Assembly (NCBI RefSeq): GCF_902713615.1 | Contig: NC_052154.1 | Coordinates: forward strand, 178,173,873-178,237,872 | Direction of reading: 5' to 3' | Source of the DNA: Scyliorhinus canicula | Taxonomy: Eukaryota | DNA: 64,000 nucleotides | Part shown: piece after piece, positions 34,523 to 46,900 of the stretch | Numbering within the stretch: position 1 is the first letter of the stretch | Layout of the letters: each line of letters starts with the position of its first letter | Notes under the pieces: generated by a model | Databases searched by the model: none | What the model was told of the DNA's origin: nothing | The model's input: only the letters and a program-made list of their open reading frames with translations | Program-made: the position numbers and the translations under genes

Positions 34523-37500
34523 TTCCAGATTTGGAGGTGGGGGGCCTGATAATGGGGGGGGGATTTCAACACGTGCTGGATCCGCCACTGGATCAATCCA
34601 GTTCCAGGACGGGAAGGAGGCCTGCGGCGGCTAAGGTGCTGAGGGGGTTTATGGACCAGATGGGAGGGGTGGACCCTTGGAGGTTCGCGAGGCCGAGGGC
34701 CAGGAAATTTTCATACTTCTCCGATGTGCATAAGGCCTACTCCCGGATCGACTTCTTTGTTTTGAGTAGGGCGCTGATTGCGGGGGTAGTAGACGCTGAG
34801 TACTCGTCGATAGCCATTTCTGACCATGCCCCGCATTGGGTGGACCTCGAGCTGGGGGAGGAGAGGGACCAGCGCCCGTTGTGGCGCTTGGAGGTGGGGC
34901 TGCTGGCAGACGAGGATGTGAGGGGGCGGGTTCAAGGATGCATCGAGAGGAACCTGGAGGCCAACGATAATGGGGAGGTCCGAGTGGGGACGGTCTGGGA
35001 GGCACTGAAGGTGGTGGTTCAGGGGGAGTTGATCTCCATTCGGGCCCACAGGGAGAGAGGGGAGCAGAGAGAAAGGGAGAGATTGGTGGGGGAGATGGTG
35101 AGGGTGGACAGGAGGTACGCGGAGGCCCCGGAGGAGGGATTACTGAGGGAGCAGCGCAGCCTTCGTGCTGAGTTCGACTTGTTGACCACCAGAAAGGCGG
35201 AGGCTCAATGGAGAAAGGCTCAGGGTGCGGTATACGAGTATGGGGAGAAGGCAAGTAGGATGCTGGCACACCAGCTCCGTAAGCGGGATGCGGCTAGGGA
35301 GATTGGTGGAGTTAAGGACCGGGGAGGAAATGTGGTGCGGAGGGGGGTAGACATTAATGGGGTCTTCAGGGACTTTTATGAGAGACTATATAGGTCCGAA
35401 CCTCCGGCGGAGAAGGGGGGGATGGGGCGCTTTTTGGACCGGCTGAGATTCCCGAGGGTGGAGGAGGGACGGGTAGAGGGTCAGGGGGCGCCTGTTGAGC
35501 TTGAGGAGCTGGTTAAAGGGATAGGGAACATGCAGTCGGGGAAGGCGCCGGGGCCAGATGGGTTCCCGGTTGAATTTTACAAGGCGTATGCAGACCTGCT
35601 GGGCCCCCTGTTGGTTAGGACCTTCAACGAGGCGAGGGAGGGGGGGGGCTTTGCCCCTGACGATGTCTCGGGCACTGATCTCCTTGATCCTTAAGCGAGA
35701 CAAGGATCCCCTGCAGTGTGGGTCATACAGGCCGATCTCACTCCTGAATGTGGACTCCAAGTTGTTGGCAAAGATCTTAGCCACGAGGATAGAAGATTGT
35801 GTGCCGCAGGTTATCCACGATTTCTCAGGGTATAAGCTTAACTTTGGGAAAAGCGAGCTGTTTGTGGTACATCTGGGGGACCAGGAGGGGGGGATTGGGA
35901 GGCTCCCACTGAAAAGGGCAGAGACGAGCTTCAGGTACTTGGGGGTTCAGGTGGCCAGGAGCTGGGGGGCCTTGCATAAGCTAAACCTCACAAGGCTGGT
36001 GGAGAAAATGGAGGAGGAGTTTAAGAGGTGGGACATGCTGCCGCTGTCTTTGGCGGGTAGGGTGCAGTCAGTCAAGATGACGGTGCTCCCGAGGTTCCTG
36101 TTCCTGTTCCAATGCCTCCCCATCCTTATCCCGAAGGCCTTTTTCAGGTGGGTTACCAGGAGCATTACGGGGTTTGTGTGGGCACACGGGACTCCAAGGG
36201 TGAGACGGGTGTTCTTGGAGCGGGGCAGGGATGGGGGGGCGTTGGCGTTGCCCAACCTCTGTGGGTATTATTGGGCTGCCAACGCAGCGATGGTGCGTAA
36301 GTGGGTAATGGACGGGGAGGGGGCGGCATGGAAGAGGCTGGAGATGGCATCCTGTGTGGGTCCAAGCCTAGAAGCACTGGCAACGGCGCCGCTGACGCTC
36401 CCTCTGACGAGGTATACCACGAGCCAGGTGGTGGCAGCCACCCTCAAGATTTGGGGGCAATGGAGGCGGCACAGGGGGGAAGTGGGGGCCTCGATGGGGT
36501 CCCCGATACGGGGGAACCACCGGTTTCTTCCGGGGAGAATTGATGGCGGGTTCCTGAGTTGGCACAGGGCAGGTGTCAGGAGGCTGGGGGACCTGTTTAT
36601 AGACGGGATGTTTGCGAGCCTGGGTGAGCTGGAAGGGAAGTTCAGGCTCCCCCCGGGGAACACCTTTAGGTACATGCAAGTAAGGGCGTTTGTCAGGCGG
36701 CAGGTGGCGGGGTTCCCCCTGCTGACGCCGAGTGGGATCCAGGACAGGGTGCTCTCGGGGGTATAGGTTGGAGAGGGGAGGATCTCAGAAGTGTACCAGG
36801 TAATGCAGGAGGTAGACGAGGCCTCGGTGGAGGAGCTGAAAGATAAATGGGAGGAGGAGCTGGGTGAGGAGATTGAGGAGAGGACGTGGGCGGATACCCT
36901 AGAAAGGGTGAACTCCTCCTCTTGGTGTGCGAGGCTTAGCCTCATACAGTTTAAGGTACTGCATAGGGCTCATATGACCGGGACAAGGATGAGCTGTTTT
37001 TTTGGGACTGAGGACAGGTGTATTAGGTGCTCAGGGAGCCCAGTAAAACATGTCCACATGTTCTGGGCATGCCCAGCGCTGGGTGAATTTTGGAAGGGTG
37101 TAGCAAGGACGGTATCGAGGGTGGTAGGATCCAGGGTCAATCCAGGCTGGGGACTCGCAATATTTGGGGTTGCAGTGGAGCCGGGAGTGCAGGAGGCGAA
37201 AGAGGCTCTGGCCTTTGCGTCCCTAGTAGCCCGGCGGAGGATTCTTCTTCAGTGGAAGGATGCGAGGCCCCCAAGCGTGGAGGCCTGGGTCAACGATATG
37301 GCGGGGTTTATTAAATTGGAGAGGGTGAAATTTGCCCTAAGGGGGGTCAGTGCAGGGGTTTTTCAGGAGATGGCAACCATTCCTAGATCTCCTGTCAGAA
37401 TGGTAAAAACACAGAAGCAGCAGCAACCCGGGGAGGGGGGGGGGTTGTCTCTTTGTTTTTGTTTTGGGTTGAATATCTGTTTTTTGCCAATGACGAGCGT

Positions 37501-37630
37501 TAATTTATTGTTTCTCTTTTGTATTTACGGCGGGGTGTTCTGTTTTTTTTTGTTCTTAGAATTTTCTGTTGTTGTTTTCTTTTTTGTGAAAATGTGAAAA
37601 TTTGAATAAAATTTAAAAAACAAAAAAAAA
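34523..37630 (+). mobile_element. 5'-truncated L1-clade LINE with poly(A) and 14-bp TSD; RT core deleted
   Basis: TSD agtcctgttactct (34509-34522) / agtcctcttactct (37631-37644); AATAAA plus A tail; APE motifs SRIDFF and SDH; KAPGPDG; YRPISLLNVD; C-terminal CIRC...HMFWAC. Confidence 0.93.
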
Positions 37631-38003
37631 AGTCCTCTTACTCTGCTAATCCACATCTCTAAACAAAGAAATACAAGTTACATTCTCCCAAACTGAGATT
37701 GTAACACCATCCCTGACGTCTAACATCTCAATCCCTCGGTGGAGAAGGTTTGAATGACATGCACCGTTTGACCTTGCTCCAATCTTTCATCTGGCAAACT
37801 AATTAATATTAAGTTGCTTCTGATTAATTATTGGATGCCCTTTGAGCCTTCAGGGGTGTCAAAACTGGAAAGCACATGACACTCATCCATGGATGGTATG
37901 TTACATATGCAACATTTGTGCCTCCTTAACGGTTACCTGCATTCCCAAATTTTGCATTCCGATGTGTTATTGCTGTAATCGGTAACTGTGATATGAAGTC
38001 ACA

Positions 38004-38120
38004 GGGCGAGGTTCTCCTGCCACGTCTGGCGACTGGAGAATCCCACCAGAGGTCAATGGACTTCTCCATTGTCCGCGTCTCGCTCGTGGCGTTCTTGCTG
38101 CGGGTGGAAGAATCCAGCCC
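38004..38120. mobile_element. Short MITE of the GC-rich TIR family; TSD ACA/ATA
   Basis: gggcgaggttctcc / agaatccagccc. Confidence 0.7.
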
Positions 38121-38169
38121 ATAGACTCCTCCATTTCCCTGCTACAGTGCCAAGAAAGGCATGGGTTCC

Positions 38170-38360
38170 AATGGCTAGCTTCTTCGGCTTACCCGAGGAC
38201 GCCGTGCAGTCCATCTGGTGAATTGAGAAGCCCTCAGCTTGTATGGCACAGTCCGGTGAGGCAGGGGTGAACCATGTCTCTGTGAAACAGAGCACACAGC
38301 AGTCTCTCACTTCCCACTGAGAGGTAAGTCTAGCGTTAAGTTCGTCCAGCTTGTTTTCGC
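38170..38360 (-). mobile_element. Rex1/Babar-like LINE endonuclease fragment
   Basis: RDCCVLCFTETWFTP...GFSIH...SGK. Confidence 0.75.
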
Positions 38361-38534
38361 TCTTGTAGTTATTACTAAACTAGTGAGTACTATGAACTAT
38401 CCCATGGTTCCAGATCAACGTTACTACAAACTGTGGTTACAATGCTTTTCAATCCTAATCTTTCAACAGTAGCAGATCATATAAGTGATATTTAATGGCA
38501 TGAAGTATTCCACACTTTAGAAAACTTTCCATTA

Positions 38535-39342
38535 CAGATGGAATACAATGTTGACAAATGTGAGGTTATCCATTTTGGTAGGAATAACAGCAAACAGGAT
38601 TATTATTTAAACAATAAAATATTAAAGCATGCCGCTGTGCAGAGAGACCTGGATGTGCTAGTGCATGAGTCACAGAAAGTTGGTTTACAGGTGCAACAGG
38701 TGATTAAGAAGGCAAATAGAATTTTGTCCTTCATTGCTAGAGGGATGGAGTTTAAGACTAGGGAGATTATGTTGCAATTGTATAAGGGGTTAGTGAGGCC
38801 ACACCTGAAGTATTGTGTTCAGTACTGGCACTGGAGGGTGTGCAGAGGAGATTCACGAGGTTAATCCCAGAGCTGAAGGGGTTGGATTATGAGGAGAGGT
38901 TGAGTAGACTGGGACTGTACTCGGAATTTAGAAAGATGAGGGGGGATCTTATAGAATCATTTTAAATTATGAAGGGAATAGATAGGATAGATGCGGACAG
39001 GTTGTTTCCACTGACGGGTGAAAGCAGAACTAGGGGACATAGCCTCAAAATAAGGGGAAGTAGATTTAGGACTGAGTTTAGGAGGAACTTCTTCACCCAA
39101 AGGGTTGTGAATCTATGGAATTCCTTGCCCAGTGAATCAGTTGAGGCTCCCTCATTAAATGTTTTTAAGGTAAAGATAGGTAGTTTTTTGAAGAATAAAG
39201 GGATTAAGGGTTATGGTGTTCGGGCTGGAAAGTGAAGCTGAATCCACAAAAGATCAGCCATGATCTAATTGAATGGCGGAGCAGGCTCGAGGGGCCAGAT
39301 GGCCTACTCCTGCTCCTAGTTCTTATGTTCTTATGTTCTTAT
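38535..39342 (+). mobile_element. CR1 LINE 3' fragment with (TTCTTATG)n tail
   Basis: MEYNVDKCEVIHFG, LVRPHLKYCVQ, FFTQRVVNLWNSLP. Confidence 0.92.
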
Positions 39343-39410
39343 AAGTTAAAATACAGCATAAAAAAATAATCAATTAGCTGATGAGTGAATCAATTTTTTT
39401 TGGTAAAGCC

Positions 39411-39790
39411 TGTAGTGATATGTATATAGAGAGACATATAAAGGGTTAATGATTACATCTTAATGTAACTCAACCACTAGATGGCAACACTAGATTCCTA
39501 TATAAATATGAGAACTTAAAGGATCTTCGAACCAGGAGTTACCAGACAGCAGTATGTTAGAGAGATAGGTAACAGCATCGTTAGCACGTGTAGTGTAAAT
39601 TAGTGAATATTTTATTCTGAATTACTTGATCACTAGTTATAGTTCTGTAAGAGTGTGCAAACTCAATATTAATCAATTCACGATTCGTTAAATCTGTTTT
39701 GCTTTAAGTTGAAGATTGGTAGTTTCTTGGGAATCACACCACCACACCATTCTGGATATCTAAAGCAAAGTGTAACAATATATTACCAAA
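39411..39790 (+). mobile_element. Probable small solo LTR
   Basis: Starts TGTAGTG; TATATAAA box at about 39499; ends near gtaaca/ttacca; no clean TSD. Confidence 0.45.
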
Positions 39791-40713
39791 GAGTAATGTA
39801 ACAAAGTCTTTGCTAGAATTAACTTTCATGTGAATTATTTGTTGGAATGAAAGATTATCTTTTTCTTTTACAAATGGATGATTTAATCCAGGCAACAATG
39901 AGCATTCCAGAAGCTGATAGCGAAACCCTGCTGTTCTCATTATAGTCTTTCACATGGCTTGAGCTGTAATGTTATGATTTGGGCTCTGTCCAGATAGTTT
40001 TTTAATCTGTGTTTAATGAAAAAGTCATCCTCCTCGAGCAACCATGTACTTCCTACTGAACGGAATGTCAAGTATAGCACGTTATAAACACTTTTCATTT
40101 TTCTCTGCTAAAGTTACAATTGGCAACAGGAGAAGCCCCTTGGAATTAAAATTCCAATTAATTCTTACTTCTGCGTTTCAAGCTAAAGTTGAGATCAATT
40201 TAATTAAATTTGCCTTAATTTCATTATTTTTCTTTCCTTAACCCAGGAGCATTGAAACTCTGCCTGCCACCCTAATTACCACCCTAACTCAGTATAGATC
40301 TGATGTTAACTCGATGGCCAGCAGTCGAATTCTCATGGACTTCACAGGCTGAATTTTCATATTGGGGCTGGGGAATGGGAGTCCGGACAATTTTCAGGTC
40401 ATGAACCCACACCCCAAAGGGACAACTCTTGAACTGACATGCAGAATGGTTTCACCATCTGATTCGTAGACATCCACTTGGGAAGTGGATTTAAACAGAC
40501 CATGACAGCCATTTCCCTGGTTGCCTGTTGAGTCAACTTGCTGACCTTCGGAAGCAGTCTCCGAAGAGCCAGGGACAGGTCTGGAGCCCTGGGCAGGGTC
40601 CAGAATGTCTGGTGCCCGAGACATTCCTGGATCCCAGGCCAGCGATGGAATCTGGGGCAGGGTCGGACCGAGGGTCATGGCTGGAAACTGAGTGACTGCC
40701 AAAACTAGGTTCA

Positions 40714-41062
40714 GGCTGGAAGCCGGGGTCAGGGCTGGAAGCCGGGGTCAGGGTTGGAACCGGGGTCAGGGCTGGAAGCCGGGGTCAGGGCTGGAAGCCG
40801 GGGTCAGGGTTGGAACCGGGGTCAGGGCTGGAAGCCGGGGTCAGGGCTGGAAGCCGGGGTCAGGGCTGGAAGCCGGGGTCAGGGTTGGAACCGGGGTCAG
40901 GGCTGGAAACCGGGGTCAGGGCTGGAAACCGGGGTCAGGGCTGGAAGCCGGGGTCAGGGTTGGAACCGGGGTCAGGGCTGGAAGCCGGGGTCAGGGCTGG
41001 AAGCCGGGGTCAGGGCTGGAAGCCGGGGTCAAGGCTGGAAGCCGGGGTCAGGGCTGGAACTG
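40714..41062 (+). repeat. G-rich minisatellite, about 18 units of 19 bp (gggctggaagccggggtca) with 18-bp variants (gggttggaaccggggtca)
   Basis: Directly visible; explains the three overlapping repetitive ORFs. Confidence 0.97.
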
Positions 41063-41654
41063 GGGCAGGACTAGTATCTGTACCTTTGACGATACTTCCT
41101 CTGTAGATGGTGAGGCCTCCATGTCCTTCCAGTCTTTCATTCCTCTATCTTGCTCTTCTGATGTCCAGGTTACTGGCCTTCCTGTGAAGGATGCTGCTCC
41201 TGATCACCGCTGGGCCCAGGATTTGAGATTCCCACCTTCATTTCCAGCTGATGCTGTCCTTGTGCTCAGTTTGTTGTTCAATTGCCCTTTCCAACTTGCC
41301 CACTGCCAGGAGTACAACGCCCGAACACTGACTTCACTCTGACTGCCAACACAGCTTCAAGTGCACCTGCCCACCAGTGTCTGAGTTCCCCTGGGCACTG
41401 TTAAACCTTTAATAACTCTGGAGTGAATCTCTGGTGAACGCATGTCTGGCTCCTCGCTCTGTACCCATCTGTTTTCACGTAGTGTGCCTCAGCCAGCACC
41501 TAATGCTCTGGTGAAACTCTCAGCATCTCTAATTCCCAATTCCCCAGCCCTGAACAAACTCTGTTAGCGCTTTTAATTGACCTTACTGGAGGATGTGGCA
41601 AGATTGTGATCCTCCCTCCCCCACCTGCGTGAATATAGATGGTTTCAAAATGTA

Positions 41655-42068
41655 AAGTCCTTCTCCTTTCTTCGGCGATCACTCGCTAACGAGTATGATT
41701 GCCCACCTAAGAAACTCTGTGTTATTGGTCATGGGTTTTGTGGGTTCTTGCGTAGCTGATAGGCCCGATCCTAAAGCAGCATCTTCGAATGGACATTTGG
41801 CAGGTGTTTCTGAGAGGTTGGGTCAGTCCTTGGACAATAGGTTGCCGGTAATCGTTCCTCAGGTTCCTTTCCGATCCTCCCCTAGCCGTCGGGTGTTCTC
41901 GAAGAATTGTCTCCCTGCAATCAGGAGGTTCCTTCAAGGAGCAAGAGTTTCCCAGGTGTTGACGTCTATGTTGTATGTCTTGAGGAAAGTCTTCAAGTGT
42001 CTTTGAAGGGGCTCCTTTATCCTCAACTTGTTCGGGAGCTTTCCTTGAGCCGGGCGAAGAAGATTTGC
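41655..42068 (-). mobile_element. RTE-clade LINE 3' end
   Basis: IFFARLKESSR...FKDT..KTFLKTYNIDVNTWETLA and a C-terminal C2H2 remnant FRIGPISYARTH. Confidence 0.8.
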
Positions 42069-42937
42069 ATTTCAGACCCCATCCTCCTCCATTCCCACCC
42101 CTGCAAGGGTCTGGAAATTCAGCACTGCAGTTCCCTTACGCTCAGACAATACTCACAGGTTATTTTTCCTATCTGCATACTTCGATTTACCCTTCAAATA
42201 TTTTTCTTGTAGCTTAAGCTACTTTCCATAATATGTTCCTGCACAGCCACAAATAAAAGATCACCAGTAAATGAATGAAAACAACATAACCACTCAAATA
42301 TTTTGATCAAAGTTAGAAGATAATGCAATAAATGCTGGGCATAGAATTTCCCATTAATCAACTCCATGTTCTTGAACAATTTCCAGCACCAACATCACTA
42401 TCATTAATCATGTAGTGCCAACGTCATTGTGCATCAACAACATGGAGCACGCTCGCTGTCAACATCCATATTGATGGCATGAACCTGAAAATAAAACCCA
42501 TAAAATTTACAACACATAATGAAAGAAATAGTCCAGCTCCCAGAACGGTTTCTTGCAGTTCTGGAGGCTGAAAGCTTCTGGATTCATTTCACTTTGTCAC
42601 ATACATGCCACACTGGGCACAGACACTGTGGCTCAAGCTCGCATCCTCCCACCTCCACTATTTCCGCATCACCCCAACATCTGTCCTAATGGCACATCGT
42701 GTGGGTTGCTGGTCCCCCCCCCTCCCCTCACGATCTCTTCTACTTCCACCCCTCACTTCCCCTGAATCCTCTCACCGCCGTACATCAGCAACAGCAATTT
42801 TAACCCATTCAGTTCAAATAATTCACGACTACTGAAATCAGCCAATGTCAGCCATGTGCGCAGGTATGTCAGATCCGTTCCAGATATGATTCCTTTCCAT
42901 TTTCATTGCTACTATCCATTAATGATAAAAAAAAATG

Positions 42938-43332
42938 AATATTGCTGAAAATAAAGACATGTGGCTGCAGGTTTTTATCTTGCATTCATCAGGACAAATA
43001 CAAGAATGTCAAATTTCAAACAATCGCAATTTAAACTGCAGGAGAAAAGGGGGCTGATTGGTTGGCCAGCTGACTTTGATTGATCATGTTGTTGCCATGG
43101 TGAAAGCAACTGGGAACTTTAGGCTGCCCAAGCTCCCAGGCAATTCAAAAAAAGACACAAGGCTTGAACATGGTCCTTTTCTTTGCAGAGAACGGGTCCT
43201 TGAATATGAATGTAAGCCACTTCAATAAGCCACATGACGAGCTTTTCTGATTATCATACATTGCTATTCTTATATTTGTTCTGATGAGTACCAGATGAAA
43301 AGCTTAGCAACACATCTCCTTTCCCAGTAATA
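42938..43332. mobile_element. Penelope-like repeat with inverted ends, each carrying a hammerhead-ribozyme-like motif
   Basis: Arms at about 42938-43000 (minus) and 43273-43332 (plus) align; both contain CTGATGA. Confidence 0.7.
43275..43311 (+). ncRNA. Minimal type I hammerhead ribozyme motif (probably degenerate)
   Basis: ttgtt-CTGATGA(43281-87)-gt accag at-GAAA(43297-300)-AGCTT-agcaa; palindromic AAGCTT stem III. Confidence 0.6.
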
Positions 43333-43748
43333 AAAAAATATGAGTGATGGTGGAGGGGTATAGTTGTTGGACTGATAATCAAGGAGAGAATCAGGGTCAA
43401 TTGATGCGCTGGGAACAGTCGGTGAGGGAGTTGAGGTTGAGGGGGGAAAGAGGTACACTGGAAGTGTCAAGTGATTGGGGCTCATGTGGAGAGAAAGGGA
43501 GTGAGATGGGTACGGTAATCAGTATTATCCGCAGTCCCCGGGTAGCAGCAGTAGCAAGGGAAGAGGCAGCGGCATTGAGAGAATTCTAATGCAGGAAAGA
43601 TGCTTGGTGCTGCATTTCAGAGAATGTATCTGATGTTGATAACACAAGAGGGTGGGGTGTGGACTTCGAAACAAATTTGTTGTGACCCCTGTATGACAAA
43701 TTGTAGAGCCACAAAGGAGTGAAATAAACTACTGTTAAAATTGATGTG

Positions 43749-43931
43749 GGGATGCCGGTGCTGGATTAGGGTGAGCACAGTAAGAAGTCTCACACCACCA
43801 GGTTAAACTCCAACAGGTTTCGTTGACATCACAAGCCTTCATCAAGTGAGCAGCGCTCCGAAAACTTGTGATTTCAATATTTCAATTAAACCTGTTGGAC
43901 TTTAACCTGGTGTTGTGAGACTTCTTACTGT
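43749..43931. mobile_element. Palindromic Penelope-like repeat (44-bp inverted arms) with hammerhead remnants in the spacer
   Basis: 43777-43820 vs 43888-43931 match at 42/44; cacTTGATGAagg on the minus strand and gagcagcgctccGAAA on the plus strand. Confidence 0.75.
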
Positions 43932-46900
43932 TTAAAGTGTCCTTGAGATTCACTGGTTGTGGTCCTTTCCCATTCATGTTTCTTTTTAAATTCCACGTTC
44001 CGCATTGCTGTTTCTGAATGCTATGCTGCCAATCTTTTTATTCTGCTCCCTTTGCTGGCTTCGTACTTCTAGTTAGTAAAAACAAAACGAGCAATTGGTC
44101 GGCCAGCTCTTGGGCCTCTACCACTGGTCTGAGCAACAGGGAAAGCCTGATCATGGCACAGCTGAGGGTAAGCTCTCAGCGAAAGGATAAGTTGTAGCTG
44201 CATTCCATTTTTCTGGGGGATCTCAGGTGCTGGTATTTTAAAAGTGGCTATAAAAATTAAAACTAATGCAAGAATTTCTCACGCATGCTGCTTTAATACC
44301 GAAATCTAGCCAATGCATGGGATCTGACTCCCTCGCCTTGGAGACCCCGGGCGAGCGCTGTTCAGTACTGGTCTCCACAAATGGGGACCAGATTGAACGG
44401 CACTTGTGGGGGTCTACCAGGCGATTGGAGGCGCCCAGGTGCTTGCCCTCTGGGCATGGTGGTATGCTGGCAGTGCCAGCCTTGCACCCTGACAGTGTCA
44501 ACCTTGTACCCTAGCAGTGCCAGCCTGGCACCCTGACAGTGCCACCTGGGTGCCAGCTGGCATTGCAAAGGTGCCCATACAACAGTGCCAGTGGCAGGGG
44601 TGCTGCCATGATGCTAGGCTGGCATTATTTGCGCAACAGTGATTGGGATGGGATGTGGGCTGTGCAGGTGTGGGGGGGGGGGGGCACGAGGGGGCGGGGG
44701 ATCTCCTTATGGTGAGTTGGGCAGTTCGGTGATCACGTCAGGTGCTTAAGAGAGCGTGAAGCCATTTAAAAATGGCCTCCCAATCTCTCACTTCATTGAG
44801 GAGTTCTGGAGAGTGCTGTTCCTCGGTGCAGAAAATGGGGCTACGTCCGGCCTCATTGGGGGCTTCCTGCTGAGGCTCCCGATCTACCCAGATGGCCGTT
44901 AGATAGTGTGGTGTGTCTATCTGAGCACCTGGAAACACCCAGCTAATTTTGGGCGCGACGGGACTCTGTCCCCAGTCGGGTAGATTGCGTCCAACATTTA
45001 GTTTGAGTATTAAGCATATAGGCTGCTGCACAATCTTTGCTTCAGGTTAGCACCGAGGTTATTTGTTCAGAATTCAGTGCTGCAATGTCCTTCTGAGCAA
45101 CAATTAAGTTTCTATATTTATTTGACCTTGACAATTTAATTCTCAAAATGCTGTCTTGGTGGCTCTGTTTAGAAGTCATGCCGATTACATGGAAATGACT
45201 GGCTGGTTGATTTTGGATAATGTGAAGTCAATGTGAATGTGACACGTGTGCTCTTAGCAAATTTGCCGTCAACTTTGAAAGTATTTGACGGGGCATATAC
45301 AGACTCTGTCAGGCAGCCAGGATATTTCAGGTACAAACAACAAAGTGTCTGCCTATCCAAGGCAGAAAATGCCATTCCGACAAATATATGTTTACAGTTG
45401 CTGCTTGTGGGCCAAGTATATCAGAGCCAGAACATATCAAGATTACTATTGTAAAGGATGAGCTCAATTGTGACTTGAGAAAAGAGATGCAGCCTATTGT
45501 GAAATTGCTCTCCGCATCTGTGTACCAGACATCATTTCAGCTGCATTGGGAGCAGGTACAATTCAATTGAGTCAAGTGATTGCCACAGTGTTATCTGTCC
45601 CCAGGGCAGATCAGTTTTTCCAAATGGTTTCCACCTAGAAAAAAAGGCAATGACTACTAAGATACGTGTTGGTCTTGTGATGAATAGAGGGGTGATGTGG
45701 TGTGAATCAAACTCGGGCTGGTATTAAGACAGTTTTTGTGTCCATGGGGGGCACATTTGAAAAATGTCTCCCACAGGCTCTGCTTCTTTTTAAAAATCAT
45801 TTGTGCAAAGTGGAATAAACTTTGAAATCTTTGTGTTTTTAGGTGATTACCGATGATATCAAGTGGAGAACTGAGAGTCATTACTGAGTCCCAACAGTAT
45901 CAGAGAGCTAAAACCGACAATGGTTGTTATAATGGCAAGATTACTGCAGTGCCCTGGGTTAAACCTCACTGGGCCCCTTCTTCCACCACGCAGAGAGGAA
46001 GCCACAAAATCAGCAGGGCTTAGTCAGGATTTTCACCTGAATTATTTCTCCTGGCCAGTAATAAATATTTAAATGTATTGTCAGAACGAATAAAGTATTT
46101 TAAACGTGAATCCTTGCTTAATTTTGACAAGTTCTAGGCTCAGGTTTTTGTCCATTTTGGACTGTTGCAAAGAGAAGACGGGAATAGATGTGGTGGGGAC
46201 ATTTTTCTTTGCAGGATCAACCTCCTTTATCACCTCTATGACATGCTGCCAGAAAGGGCAACAGACACTGAATACAGCTCCCATATATTCGAGTGGATAT
46301 ATTCAAATGCTAAATCAGCCTTTGTTCTCTTGGCATCCAGTGTTGCCAAAGTTCTGGTGGGGGCAGGAAGGGGGTGTGGATTTTAACAATCATAGAGATG
46401 CTTTGCCTGCTGGAGTAATATTTTTACTTCGAAAGAAAAGATTTGGAGGGTTTCAGCAACAATCACCATCCATGTTAGGTTGGGGCAAATGCAACTGCAA
46501 CTTCCTTCTCCCCTGTCAGCCCTCACCCCCATTCCTCACCCCCCTCAACACTAAAAATTACAATGAGCCTGATACTAAAAATGAGAATTATATAAATGTA
46601 ATTCTCTGGAAAAGTTCAAGACTGAAGTAGCTTAGCAATAATGCGCATTATAATATGGGCACAGAAATATACTTCAAACTCTCTTGGGGTTCTGCATTGG
46701 AGGCAATAGCATAACTCAATAGCATAACCCTAATGCGTTGAATTGTGTTGTGTGAGTTGATTGAGCACTGCTGATAATGATTGATCTGCTTTGTCCCTTC
46801 CATAGACAGTGATGGCATCATGTGGGTTCAGTGTTCCCTCAGCATCTAACAAGGTTGAAGAAACAATTTTATAGATTGCGCTGAACTTAGTCCATTAAGC

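Noticed and set aside
40714-41062. CRISPR-like array
   Set aside because: Head-to-tail repeats with no unique spacers, no cas genes, eukaryotic context.
40692-41342. 216-aa repetitive ORF and two overlapping ORFs
   Set aside because: Products of a stop-poor 19/18-bp minisatellite; the unit length is not a multiple of three and all frames give the same peptide.
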